Shown one piece after another: positions 1 through 7,629 of a stretch of DNA of 32,000 nt. Location: positions 1,140,001-1,172,000 of the forward strand of contig NZ_CP010341.1 in assembly GCF_000940845.1 (NCBI RefSeq). Reading direction: 5' to 3'. Made by a program: the position numbers and the translations under genes. Source of the DNA: Propionibacterium freudenreichii subsp. freudenreichii (GTDB taxonomy: Bacteria > Actinomycetota > Actinomycetes > Propionibacteriales > Propionibacteriaceae). The stretch's first letter is position 1. The number at the start of each line of letters is the position of its first letter. Below the pieces are notes generated by a model, which had not been told where the DNA came from, did no database searches, and worked only from the letters and a program-made list of their open reading frames with translations.

Positions 1-119
1 TAGCCGATGAGGGTCGTTTCGGGTGATACCTCGGTATAGCGCTTGATGAGCTCAGCGATGGCCGAGGAAAGACAGGGGGCGAAGCCACCAGCGGTCAGCA
101 GAGCGACCTTTTTCACCAT
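1..119 (-). CDS. pfp: Pyrophosphate-dependent 6-phosphofructokinase, first 39 codons only (gene runs off the left edge)
   Basis: The reverse complement of 1..119 starts with ATG (117-119) and reads MVKKVALLTAGGFAPCLSSAIAELIKRYTEVSPETTLIG. LTAGGxAP is the PFK-family N-terminal loop. The string matches my recollection of the P. freudenreichii PPi-PFK N-terminus. It is absent from the ORF track because the window edge truncates it. Confidence 0.7.
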   Translation of the reverse strand, partial: MVKKVALLTAGGFAPCLSSAIAELIKRYTEVSPETTLIG

Positions 120-342
120 TGAGATGGGCCTTTCTTGTGAATGAGTGTCGGCCTGCCGGGCAGCGGCCGACCACCCTCAGCCTAAGGCAATCGGCGGGCG
201 CGCGCCGTGCGGGCACCGCCCGGTCCCATGGCCGTACCGGGCACCCGGTTGGGCACCTGTGTCGGCGGCACCGCGGGCACGAAGCTTGTCGCCGCGCCCG
301 GCGCTGTGTGACAGTAGGGGCCAACCCCCCCAGGAGAACTCC

Positions 343-765
343 ATGAACCATCCACGACGTGAAGTGCGCCCTCGGCCTGACGACGAGCGCGGCGCGAGCG
401 TGAGCGTCCTCATCGCCGCGTGCATTCCCGCTTTCATCCTCATCTGCGGCCTTGCCGTCGACGGGGCCCACCAGGTCAGCGCGCAAAGGGCCGCGACGGT
501 CACTGCGGCGCAGGCTGCACGCGTGGGCAGCGACTCCGCGGCAACCGGCCGCCTCAATGGCCTCGACGCCCGCCAGGAGGCGATGCGCGCCGCCCGGGAG
601 CATGTGGGCACCCAACCCGGCATGGCCTGCACAGTGGGGATCGACGCGAATGATCGGGTACACGTCGAGGTGAGCACCCGGGCGGACACCGCCTTCCTGT
701 CGATCGTCGGGATCAACCACCTGAACGCCCGCGGCGCGGCGACGGCAGAGCTGCGCCCGGTCTGA
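343..765 (+). CDS. TadE/TadG-like (Flp-pilus assembly family) membrane-anchored protein, 140 aa
   Basis: Same frame as track ORF 145..765. I chose ATG 343 because AGGAGA (332-337) lies 5 nt upstream and the 66 codons before it are Arg/Pro-rich filler. The product starts MNHPRREVRPRPDDERGASVSVLIAACIPAFILICGLAVDGAHQV..AAQAARVG. That is a charged head, ERG, one hydrophobic helix and an Ala-rich segment, as in TadE/TadG-type N-termini. Confidence 0.55.
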   Translation: MNHPRREVRPRPDDERGASVSVLIAACIPAFILICGLAVDGAHQVSAQRAATVTAAQAARVGSDSAATGRLNGLDARQEAMRAAREHVGTQPGMACTVGIDANDRVHVEVSTRADTAFLSIVGINHLNARGAATAELRPV

Positions 766-833
766 ACAGGGGCATTTCACGCCACTTGCCCGGCACGCAC
801 GCCTCAGCAGTGTGGATTGCCTAGTCTTGGGCC

Positions 834-1451
834 ATGGCTCGTTATTACCCGGTTCACCCGGAGAATCCGCAGGCCCGCTCGATCCACCAGGTGGCCGACC
901 TGCTCCGCGAGGGCGCGGTGATCGCCTATCCGACCGATTCCGGCTTTGCCCTGGGCACCTTGTTCGGCAACAAGGAGGGCATCGACACGATGCGGCGCAT
1001 CCGTGATCTGGATGAACGCCACCACCTGTCCGTCGTGGTCAGCGAGTTCGCCCAGCTGGGCCGCTACGTCGACATGGACAATCGCGAATTCCGCGCGATC
1101 AAGGCCTCGACGCCGGGCCCCTTCACCTTCATCCTGCGTGCCACCCGTGAGGTGCCCCGCAGCATGCAGCACCCCAACAAGACGGTGGGCGTGCGGGTGC
1201 CCGACCATGTCACCGCCCTGGCCCTGCTCGACGAGCTCGATGAACCGCTGGTCTCCAGCACGCTGATCCTGCCGGGTCAGGAAGAGCCGATGAGCGAGGG
1301 CTGGCAGATCAAGGAAGCACTGGACAATGACATCGCCGCCGTGCTCGATTCCGGCGACGTTGGCCATGTTCCCACGACCGTGGTCGACCTGACCGGCGAA
1401 GAGCCGGTGGTGGTCCGCCGCGGCGGTGGCAAGACCGAGCTGTTCGACTGA
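834..1451 (+). CDS. YrdC/YciO-family protein (L-threonylcarbamoyladenylate synthase-like)
   Basis: 205 aa. It reads MARYYPVHPENPQ..IAYPTDSGFALG..TPGPFTFIL..VGVRVP..LVSSTL..PTTVVDLTGEEPVVVRRG, which aligns along its full length with my memory of E. coli YciO (YrdC domain). Confidence 0.8.
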   Translation: MARYYPVHPENPQARSIHQVADLLREGAVIAYPTDSGFALGTLFGNKEGIDTMRRIRDLDERHHLSVVVSEFAQLGRYVDMDNREFRAIKASTPGPFTFILRATREVPRSMQHPNKTVGVRVPDHVTALALLDELDEPLVSSTLILPGQEEPMSEGWQIKEALDNDIAAVLDSGDVGHVPTTVVDLTGEEPVVVRRGGGKTELFD

Positions 1452-1463
1452 CCTGCGGACCTG

Positions 1464-1495
1464 CCTTCCTGCTGCCGACGCGGGCAGCGGGAGGG
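1464..1495. terminator. GC-rich hairpin between convergent genes (13-bp stem, 6-nt loop)
   Basis: ccttcctgctgcc (1464-1476) pairs with ggcagcgggaggg (1483-1495). On the + strand RNA this gives 11 Watson-Crick and 2 G-U pairs. It lies between the stop at 1451 (+) and the stop at 1501 (-). There is no U-tract, as is common in high-GC actinobacteria. Confidence 0.45.
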
Positions 1496-1500
1496 CGCCG

Positions 1501-2400
1501 TCAGCCGGTGAGTGCCAGGGATGCGCCCAACGCCGCGACGATGGGCACCAGCAACAACCACAGTGTCGGCGTGGTCGTGCGGCCACGCCGTCGCGCGTGG
1601 GCGATGAGGAATCCCGCACCCAGCCCGATCAGGAAGCCACCCAGGTGACCCTGCCAGGCGATTCCCGGCACGATGAAGTCAAAGACGAGATTGATGCCGA
1701 GCAGCACCCAGATTCCGGTGTTGCGAATGCCGGCAAGCTTGTAGAGGCCGACGAGCAGGCCGAACAGGCCGAAGACCGCAGCTGACGCGCCCACGACGGC
1801 GCTGTGGGTGCCCGACAGTGCTGCGAACAGAATGAACAGTGCGCTGCCGCCCAGTGCGCTCAACAGATAGCTGAGCACATAGTCGCGGCGTCCGATGGCC
1901 GGTTCGATGGCCCGGCCCAACAGCCACAACATGAGCATATTTCCCGCAATGTGCATGAATCCCGACACCGAATGCGCAAACGCCGAGGTGATCAGCCGCC
2001 ACGGTTGGCTCTGCCACGACCAGGTGGTCAGGATGACGTCGCGGTTGAATCCGGGCACCACCAGCTGGCACAGCCACACCACCACGCAGATGGCGATGAT
2101 GGTGTAGGTGACCGGCATGGAACTGTGCGTTCGTGCCCAGCCGCCCTGGGCCGGTTGGTTGAACCAGTGCTGGGAGCGTGCGTGGGCTCGTGGCGGGGTC
2201 GGATACGACGACTGGCGCGGCGGGGGCTGCCGCGGGGGCGGTGTTGCGGAGCCGGAAGGTGGGTTCCATCCGCCGTAGCGGGGCGGGGGACCGAAGGAGC
2301 CCGCACCGGGCACCTGCCCGCTGCCGGGTGACTGGCTGCGCGGAGGCTCGAAATCGGGGCGCTCGGGAGGTGCGTCCCCGGAACCAGAATCGTCATTCAT
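1501..2400 (-). CDS. Rhomboid-family intramembrane serine protease with Pro/Gly-rich N-terminal tail
   Basis: 299 aa. Rhomboid motifs are present: HIAGNMLMLWLLG (HxxxN), GASAAVFGLFG (catalytic Ser context) and AWQGHLGGFLIG (catalytic His helix). There are multiple TM segments, and the first ~90 aa are low-complexity and proline-rich. Confidence 0.85.
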   Translation of the reverse strand: MNDDSGSGDAPPERPDFEPPRSQSPGSGQVPGAGSFGPPPRYGGWNPPSGSATPPPRQPPPRQSSYPTPPRAHARSQHWFNQPAQGGWARTHSSMPVTYTIIAICVVVWLCQLVVPGFNRDVILTTWSWQSQPWRLITSAFAHSVSGFMHIAGNMLMLWLLGRAIEPAIGRRDYVLSYLLSALGGSALFILFAALSGTHSAVVGASAAVFGLFGLLVGLYKLAGIRNTGIWVLLGINLVFDFIVPGIAWQGHLGGFLIGLGAGFLIAHARRRGRTTTPTLWLLLVPIVAALGASLALTG

Positions 2401-2565
2401 CCATCGAGCCTATGTTGCCGGCCACCATGCCCACGCACTGACCATGCCCCGTCCCCGACGCAAGGGGGATCCGGCCCCGGGGCGGGGAGTTGTGCCGGCG
2501 ATGAAATCGAGGATTGGCAGGGCGCCAAGACGCGATCATTTTCAATTACATGGCAGGATGGGGAC

Positions 2566-3366
2566 ATGGCTACTTGGGTTTTTCTCCACGCACACCCCGA
2601 CGATGAGAGCACCCAGACATCCGGAACGATGGCGATGGCCCATGAGCGCGGAGACCGCGTAGTGCTCGTGGTGGCCACCGACGGCGAGCAGGGCACCACG
2701 CCCCCGGACCTCAAGCCGGGGGAGAGCGTCAGTGATCGACGCCACGCCGAACTCACCGCGGCTGCCGCGGTGATCGGGATCGATCGGGTCGTCTGGCTCG
2801 GCTATGCCGATTCCGGAATGACCGGTTGGGCCCAGAACAAGGCTCCCGAGGCCTTCTGCAATGCGGACCTCGACGTTGCCTCGCAGCGCGTTGCCGACAT
2901 CCTGCGCGAGGAGAAGGCCGATGCCTTCGTGCACTACGACCCGCACGGCAGCTACGGGCATCCAGACCACATCATGGTGCACCGGGTGGGAGCTGCGGCG
3001 GCCGCGAAGGTCACCGGGCCCATGCGCGTGCTGGAGGAGACGATTGACCGTGACGCCCGCGGCGACGATCCGGACAAGATCGAGGCCCTGGGCCTGGCCG
3101 ACAACGATTTCGCGACCGGGGCCGCGCTGGGGGATGACGGCAAGCCCATCGGTTCACCGCGCTCCGAGATCCGGTGGGCGGTGGACCTTCCCCAGCGCAT
3201 CATCGACATCAAGCACGAGGCGCTGGCCTGCCACGCCTCACAGAGCGACGCGGAGTTCTTCCTGTCGCTGCCCCGACCCGCCTTCGACTTCGTGTTCAAG
3301 ACCGAGTGGTATCGCGAACCGGGCAATCCCGGTCCGTACACCCACGCGTGGCCGTTGGATGGGTGA
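2566..3366 (+). CDS. PIG-L/LmbE-family N-acetylglucosaminyl deacetylase
   Basis: 266 aa. The N-terminus VFLHAHPDDES carries the AHPDDE motif, and YGHPDHIMVH carries the HxDH zinc-ligand motif typical of MshB/Mca/LmbE-type deacetylases. Confidence 0.8.
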   Translation: MATWVFLHAHPDDESTQTSGTMAMAHERGDRVVLVVATDGEQGTTPPDLKPGESVSDRRHAELTAAAAVIGIDRVVWLGYADSGMTGWAQNKAPEAFCNADLDVASQRVADILREEKADAFVHYDPHGSYGHPDHIMVHRVGAAAAAKVTGPMRVLEETIDRDARGDDPDKIEALGLADNDFATGAALGDDGKPIGSPRSEIRWAVDLPQRIIDIKHEALACHASQSDAEFFLSLPRPAFDFVFKTEWYREPGNPGPYTHAWPLDG

Positions 3367-3391
3367 GTTCGTGGGGGGATGATCCGCAGAC

Positions 3392-3439
3392 CAACGGAGG
3401 AGGGGCAGCAACCACGTGGTTGCTGCCCCTCCTCCGTTG
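3392..3439. terminator. Perfect 48-bp palindrome, probable bidirectional terminator between convergent genes
   Basis: caacggaggaggggcagcaaccac | gtggttgctgcccctcctccgttg. I checked every one of the 24 arm positions and all are complementary. It sits between the stop at 3366 (+) and the stop at 3505 (-). Confidence 0.6.
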
Positions 3440-3504
3440 AAGCGGGTCCGATGGTGGCGGGCCCGGCGCAGGGGGCCAACGCCCCTCACGCCGATCCGCG
3501 TGCC

Positions 3505-4542
3505 TCAGTCGTTCGGAATGTCGGGATCCGCGGGCGGCTGGGGTCCGTCATGGCCGTCCCGGGGGCCGTTGTCCCCGGGACGGTCCGAGTGGTGCTCGTC
3601 CTCGTCGTGGTCGACGGGGCCGACCTGGGGTCCCTTGTCACTGTCCGGGGTGCCGGGGTCGAGGCTTGCCAAGTAGTCCTCCATCTCCTGGCCGATCTCA
3701 TCGGCATCGGGGATGTCCTCTTCGTTCATGGGCAGGGAGTGGTCCTGCATATAGCGGTCGTACTGCTCTTCCATCTGGCCGATCATCTGCTGGAGCTCCT
3801 CGGACTGCTCCACCTGGGCGTCGATCTGGGCGCGTGCCAGGTGGGATGCCTGTTCCAGGGATGCCACGGGGATGTTCAGGCCGGCCAACTCGTTGAGCCC
3901 GTTGACCATCGCAATGGCGCCGTCGGGGTATTCGGTGTCGGCCAGGTACTGCGGAACCCTGGCCACGAGCCCGATCACGTCACGACCCTTCTCGCCGAGG
4001 CGCTGGGTCATCATCGCCAGGAACGAGGAACTCATGCGGAAGGAGCCGCTGCCACGATTGCCCGGGATCAACTCGGGCCGGGTGGCGACCTTCAGCAGGT
4101 TGATCGGACGCGTGTGCGGCACGGGCATGGGCACGCCCTGCGCGGTGACGACCAACTGCACGTCCATCTGGTCCATCAGCCACTCGATCGTCGCGCTGAC
4201 ACGCTCCCATTGCAGGGCCGGCTCGGGACCGGTGAGCAGCAGGAACGGATTGCCCGACTTGTCAACGACCTCATGGAGGGTCATGGACGGCGGCACGTAG
4301 TTGTCGTAATGGTCCTGGTCAAAGTCGATGGGAGGACGATGGCCGCGGTAATCCATGATCTGGTCGACATCGAAGGTGCCGATCTTGCGGTGGGTCAGTG
4401 TGTTGAGCAGGTGCTCGTCGACCTGGGCCTGACTCGCCCCCACATCACCAAAGCTGCCCAATGTGACCACCATGACGCGGTCGTGAATTGTGCGCTGGTC
4501 GATCGTGGGCTCGTAGGAAAAGAGCGTTGTCGGATCGATCAT
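3505..4542 (-). CDS. PAC2 (proteasome assembly chaperone 2)-family protein with acidic/His-rich C-terminal tail
   Basis: Same frame as track ORF 3505..4575. I prefer ATG 4542 (MIDPTTLFSYEP...) because a perfect AGGAGG (complement of 4551-4556) lies 8 nt upstream; ATG 4575 is the alternative. The core reads VMVVTLGSFGDVG..LLLTGPEPALQWE..LVVTAQGVPMPVPHTRP, as in actinobacterial PAC2-family proteins. Confidence 0.7.
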   Translation of the reverse strand: MIDPTTLFSYEPTIDQRTIHDRVMVVTLGSFGDVGASQAQVDEHLLNTLTHRKIGTFDVDQIMDYRGHRPPIDFDQDHYDNYVPPSMTLHEVVDKSGNPFLLLTGPEPALQWERVSATIEWLMDQMDVQLVVTAQGVPMPVPHTRPINLLKVATRPELIPGNRGSGSFRMSSSFLAMMTQRLGEKGRDVIGLVARVPQYLADTEYPDGAIAMVNGLNELAGLNIPVASLEQASHLARAQIDAQVEQSEELQQMIGQMEEQYDRYMQDHSLPMNEEDIPDADEIGQEMEDYLASLDPGTPDSDKGPQVGPVDHDEDEHHSDRPGDNGPRDGHDGPQPPADPDIPND

Positions 4543-4707
4543 GTCGTCTGCCTCCTGCACGTGTGGTTCTGCCACGTACGCCCATCAGAACACACAAGGG
4601 AGCACAGACATTCCCGTGATCATCTGGCGCGTCGTAATGACCGGACAATCTAGCGGTGCTACGGACGGGGTGGGCGCCGAGCGTGACCGGCGTGTCGTGG
4701 ACGCCGA

Positions 4708-5499
4708 TCAGGTCAGCAGGCTGCGGTCGGACAGCTGGGCGCCCTTGATGTGTTCGAACTGGGCAAGCAGGTCGGCGACCGTGGCATCCTTCTTCGCCTG
4801 TCCCGACAGCTCAAGGATGATCTGGCCCTCATGCATCATGATCAACCGGTTTCCCAGTCGCAGCGCCTGCTCCATGTTGTGGGTCACCATGAGCGTCGTC
4901 AGGGCATGGGCTTCCACCAACTCGCCGGTGAGCTTGGTGATCAGTTCCGCGCGCTGGGGGTCCAGGGCGGCCGTGTGCTCGTCGAGGAGCAGGACCCGCG
5001 GGTTGCTGGAAGTGGCCATCACCAGGCTCAACGCCTGGCGCTGTCCGCCCGACAGCAGCCCGACCTTGGCCGTGAGGCGGTCCTCCAACCCCTGCTGGAG
5101 GACGGTCAGTTCCTTGCGGAAACGTGCGCGGCGGGCTCGGGAGACGCCCCTCACGAGGCCACGGAAATGGCCGCGGGACAGGGCGATCGACAGGTTCTCC
5201 TCGATGGTCATGTGGGCGGCCGTGCCGGCCATGGGGTCCTGGAAGACCCTGCCGACATAGCGCGCCACCCGATAGTCGGGCATCTTGGTGACGTCCTTGC
5301 CGTCGATCGTCACCGACCCGGAATCGGGGCGATAGCGACCCGCAATGATGTTCAGCAGCGTCGACTTTCCGGCTCCGTTGGAGCCGATCACCGTGACGAA
5401 ATCACCCTTGTCAAGGGTCAGGTCGATCCCGCGCAGCGCGACCTTCTCGTTCACGGTGTTCGGGAAGAACGCCTTGCTCACCGAGCTGACTTCCAGCAT
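4708..5499 (-). CDS. ABC transporter ATP-binding protein (ABC.X4 / TrpZ-like family)
   Basis: 263 aa with Walker A GSNGAGKST, signature LSGGQRQAL and Walker B LLLDEHTAALD. The start codon is 1 nt after the stop of the upstream permease gene. Confidence 0.9.
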   Translation of the reverse strand: MLEVSSVSKAFFPNTVNEKVALRGIDLTLDKGDFVTVIGSNGAGKSTLLNIIAGRYRPDSGSVTIDGKDVTKMPDYRVARYVGRVFQDPMAGTAAHMTIEENLSIALSRGHFRGLVRGVSRARRARFRKELTVLQQGLEDRLTAKVGLLSGGQRQALSLVMATSSNPRVLLLDEHTAALDPQRAELITKLTGELVEAHALTTLMVTHNMEQALRLGNRLIMMHEGQIILELSGQAKKDATVADLLAQFEHIKGAQLSDRSLLT

Positions 5500-5500
5500 C

Positions 5501-6454
5501 TCAGGCTCCTGGCCCGACCAGGCCCGAGGCCTGGTCGCGATCTTCGAGTGGACCGATGATATCCGGCTCCGCCGGCAGTCCCCGGGCTCGCCGGCGTGCC
5601 CGCATCCGCGAGACGACGCCCCATCGGGGCAGCAGCAACGCCAGAACGACGATCACCGCGCTGACGAGCTTCATGTCGTTCGGATCGAGTCCGACCATGA
5701 GGGCCACCTGGATGATCACCCGGTAGAGCAGTGAACCCAGCACCACGGCGATGGTCGCCACGACCACCAGTGAGGAGTTGAGGATCGCCGTGCCGATGAT
5801 CACCGATGCCAGGCCGGCGACGATGAGCCCGATGCCCATGCCGATGTCGGCGAAGCCCTGGTACTGGGCGATGAGCGAGCCGGCCAGGCCGACCAGGCCG
5901 TTGGACAGGGACAGCCCGACGATCTTCATGGCGTCGGTATTGATCCCGTTGGCCCGCGCCATGGATTCGTTGTCGCCGGTGGCCCGCAGTCCGAAGCCCA
6001 TGTCGGTGGACAGGAACCAGTCGAGCACCAGGATGAACACCACGATCATCGCCGCGAAGATCGCGATGGACGCCCATGTGGCGAGCATGCCGTTCGACCG
6101 CAACGGGGTCATGAGCGTCTTGGAACGCAGCAGGGGCACGTTCGCCTTGCCCATGATGCGCAGGTTGATGGAATACAGCGCGATTTGGGTGAGGATGCCC
6201 GCCAACAGCGGATGGATCCGCCCCTTCGTCGACAGGAGCCCCGTGATCGCGCCGGCCGCCAGGCCGCCGCAGAACCCGAGCAGTGTCGCCACCACCGGAT
6301 TCCCGCCCGCAGCCAGGTGGGTGGCAGTGAGGGCGGCCCCGGTGGTGAAGCTCCCGTCGACCGTCAGGTCGGGGAAGTCGAGGATCCGGAAGGTGAGGTA
6401 GACCCCCAGGGCCATGAGCCCGTAGATCAGGCCAAGGTCAATCGCGCCGAGCAT
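5501..6454 (-). CDS. ABC transporter permease (BPD_transp_2-type, ABC.X4 / TrpY-like family)
   Basis: 317 aa and polytopic. It starts MLGAIDLGLIYGLMALGVYLTFRILDFPDLTVDGSF, which is characteristic of this permease family. It lies between the SBP and ATPase genes on the same strand. Confidence 0.85.
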   Translation of the reverse strand: MLGAIDLGLIYGLMALGVYLTFRILDFPDLTVDGSFTTGAALTATHLAAGGNPVVATLLGFCGGLAAGAITGLLSTKGRIHPLLAGILTQIALYSINLRIMGKANVPLLRSKTLMTPLRSNGMLATWASIAIFAAMIVVFILVLDWFLSTDMGFGLRATGDNESMARANGINTDAMKIVGLSLSNGLVGLAGSLIAQYQGFADIGMGIGLIVAGLASVIIGTAILNSSLVVVATIAVVLGSLLYRVIIQVALMVGLDPNDMKLVSAVIVVLALLLPRWGVVSRMRARRRARGLPAEPDIIGPLEDRDQASGLVGPGA

Positions 6455-6460
6455 CAGGGA

Positions 6461-7441
6461 CTAGCCGACCTTCTCGGCCTTGCTGGCCAGGTCGTCGGGG
6501 ATCGTGACCCCCATCAGGGAGGCGGCCTTCTCATTGACGTAGAGCTTGAGGTTCTTCTGGGTCTCCACGGGCATGGTGGCCGGCTTCGCGTCGCCGTTGA
6601 GGATCTTCACGGCCATCTCGCCGGTCTGGCGACCCAGCTCGGTGTAGTCGATGCCGTAGGTGATCACGGCGCCATTCCTCACCGAATCGCCCTCGGCGGA
6701 GATCAGCGGGATCTTGCGGTCCTCGCACACCTGGATGACGGTGGACAGGCCGGACACGACGTTGTTGTCGGTGGGGATGTAGATCGAATCGACATTGAGC
6801 GCCTGTGCGGCCTGCTGCAGCTCGCCGGTGGTGGTGATCGTCTTCTCCTGCACCGACAGTCCGTCCTTGGCAGCCGCCTCCTTGGCGAGGTTCACCTGGA
6901 CCTGGGAGTTCACCTCTCCCGACGAGTAGAGGATGCCCACACTGGTCGCATCGGGCTTGATCTGCTTGATGAGGCCGATCTGGTCGGCCACCGGGTTCAT
7001 GTCGCTGGTGCCGGTGACGTTGCCGCCCGGGGCATCATTCGACGCCACCAGGTCGGCCGACTTGGGGTCGGTGACGGCGGTGAACACGATCGGCACATTG
7101 GTGATGGCCTGGGCGGCGGCCTGCGCGGCCGGGGTCGCAATGGCGAGCACCAGGTCGAGGTTCTCCGAGGCAAGCTTCGTGGCGATGCTGGCGGCGGTGC
7201 CCTGATCGCCCTGGGCGTTCTGCTCATCGAAGCTCGCGTTGAACCCGGCGTCGGTGATCGCCTTCTTGAAGCCCTCGCGGGCCGCGTCCAACGAGCTGTG
7301 GGTGACGATCTGCGTGATGCCGATCTTCACCTTCTTGCCGGTGCCGCTCGAACCGCTGCCTGAGCTCTTGCTTGAACAGGCGGCCAGGGGAACGCTGAGT
7401 CCCATGATGCCCAGGGTTCCGAGCAGAGTACGTCGCTTCAT
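6461..7441 (-). CDS. ABC transporter substrate-binding lipoprotein (ABC_sub_bind / K01989-like family)
   Basis: Track ORF 6461..7639 trimmed to ATG 7441. The product starts MKRRTLLGTLGIMGLSVPLAAC-SSKSSGSGSS, a Sec/SPII signal with lipobox LAAC and a Ser/Gly linker. The 66 codons upstream are junk and overlap the divergent intergenic region. Confidence 0.8.
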   Translation of the reverse strand: MKRRTLLGTLGIMGLSVPLAACSSKSSGSGSSGTGKKVKIGITQIVTHSSLDAAREGFKKAITDAGFNASFDEQNAQGDQGTAASIATKLASENLDLVLAIATPAAQAAAQAITNVPIVFTAVTDPKSADLVASNDAPGGNVTGTSDMNPVADQIGLIKQIKPDATSVGILYSSGEVNSQVQVNLAKEAAAKDGLSVQEKTITTTGELQQAAQALNVDSIYIPTDNNVVSGLSTVIQVCEDRKIPLISAEGDSVRNGAVITYGIDYTELGRQTGEMAVKILNGDAKPATMPVETQKNLKLYVNEKAASLMGVTIPDDLASKAEKVG

Positions 7442-7629
7442 GATGATCGCTTTCGGGTTCACGTGGGTTGATGAACGATGTCTAAAACTAGTGGTCGAGC
7501 GCTCGCGAGGTCGCGGGTCTCGCGCGTCAAGACCAGAAATCGACCCGTGATCGGGGGTGGCGCCGGCCCCGCAGTACTCCGTCGGGACGTGAACCACCGC
7601 TAAGCTGGCGCCCTGTTGAAAGGAGCCCC

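Noticed and set aside
52-780. 242-aa ORF on the - strand, and other ORFs overlapping 119..716
   Set aside because: It is Arg-rich junk antisense to the TadE-like gene. It would also run through the real pfp start at 119 in a different frame.
2401-2565. Divergent rhomboid/PIG-L spacer with the 10-bp palindrome GCCCCGGGGC (~2473-2482) and the AT-rich patch ATCATTTTCAATTACAT (~2536-2552)
   Set aside because: These are plausibly just promoter elements. I could not assign a -10/-35 pair or an operator with any confidence, and GC-only palindromes of this size are common in such genomes.
3379-4653. 424-aa ORF on the + strand
   Set aside because: It is entirely antisense to the PAC2-family gene. 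Its composition is low-complexity (runs of V/G/L/H/D/R) with no recognisable motif. This is a typical stop-codon-poor shadow frame of a high-GC3 gene.
6185-7363. 392-aa ORF on the + strand
   Set aside because: It is antisense to the permease/SBP junction and bridges two well-supported minus-strand genes. It is low complexity.
7442-7629. Possible T-box or known riboswitch in the ABC importer leader
   Set aside because: I could not find a T-box core (AGGGUGGNACCGCG-like) or any conserved riboswitch core I recognise. It is retained only as a repeat-structure observation, not as an RNA gene call.
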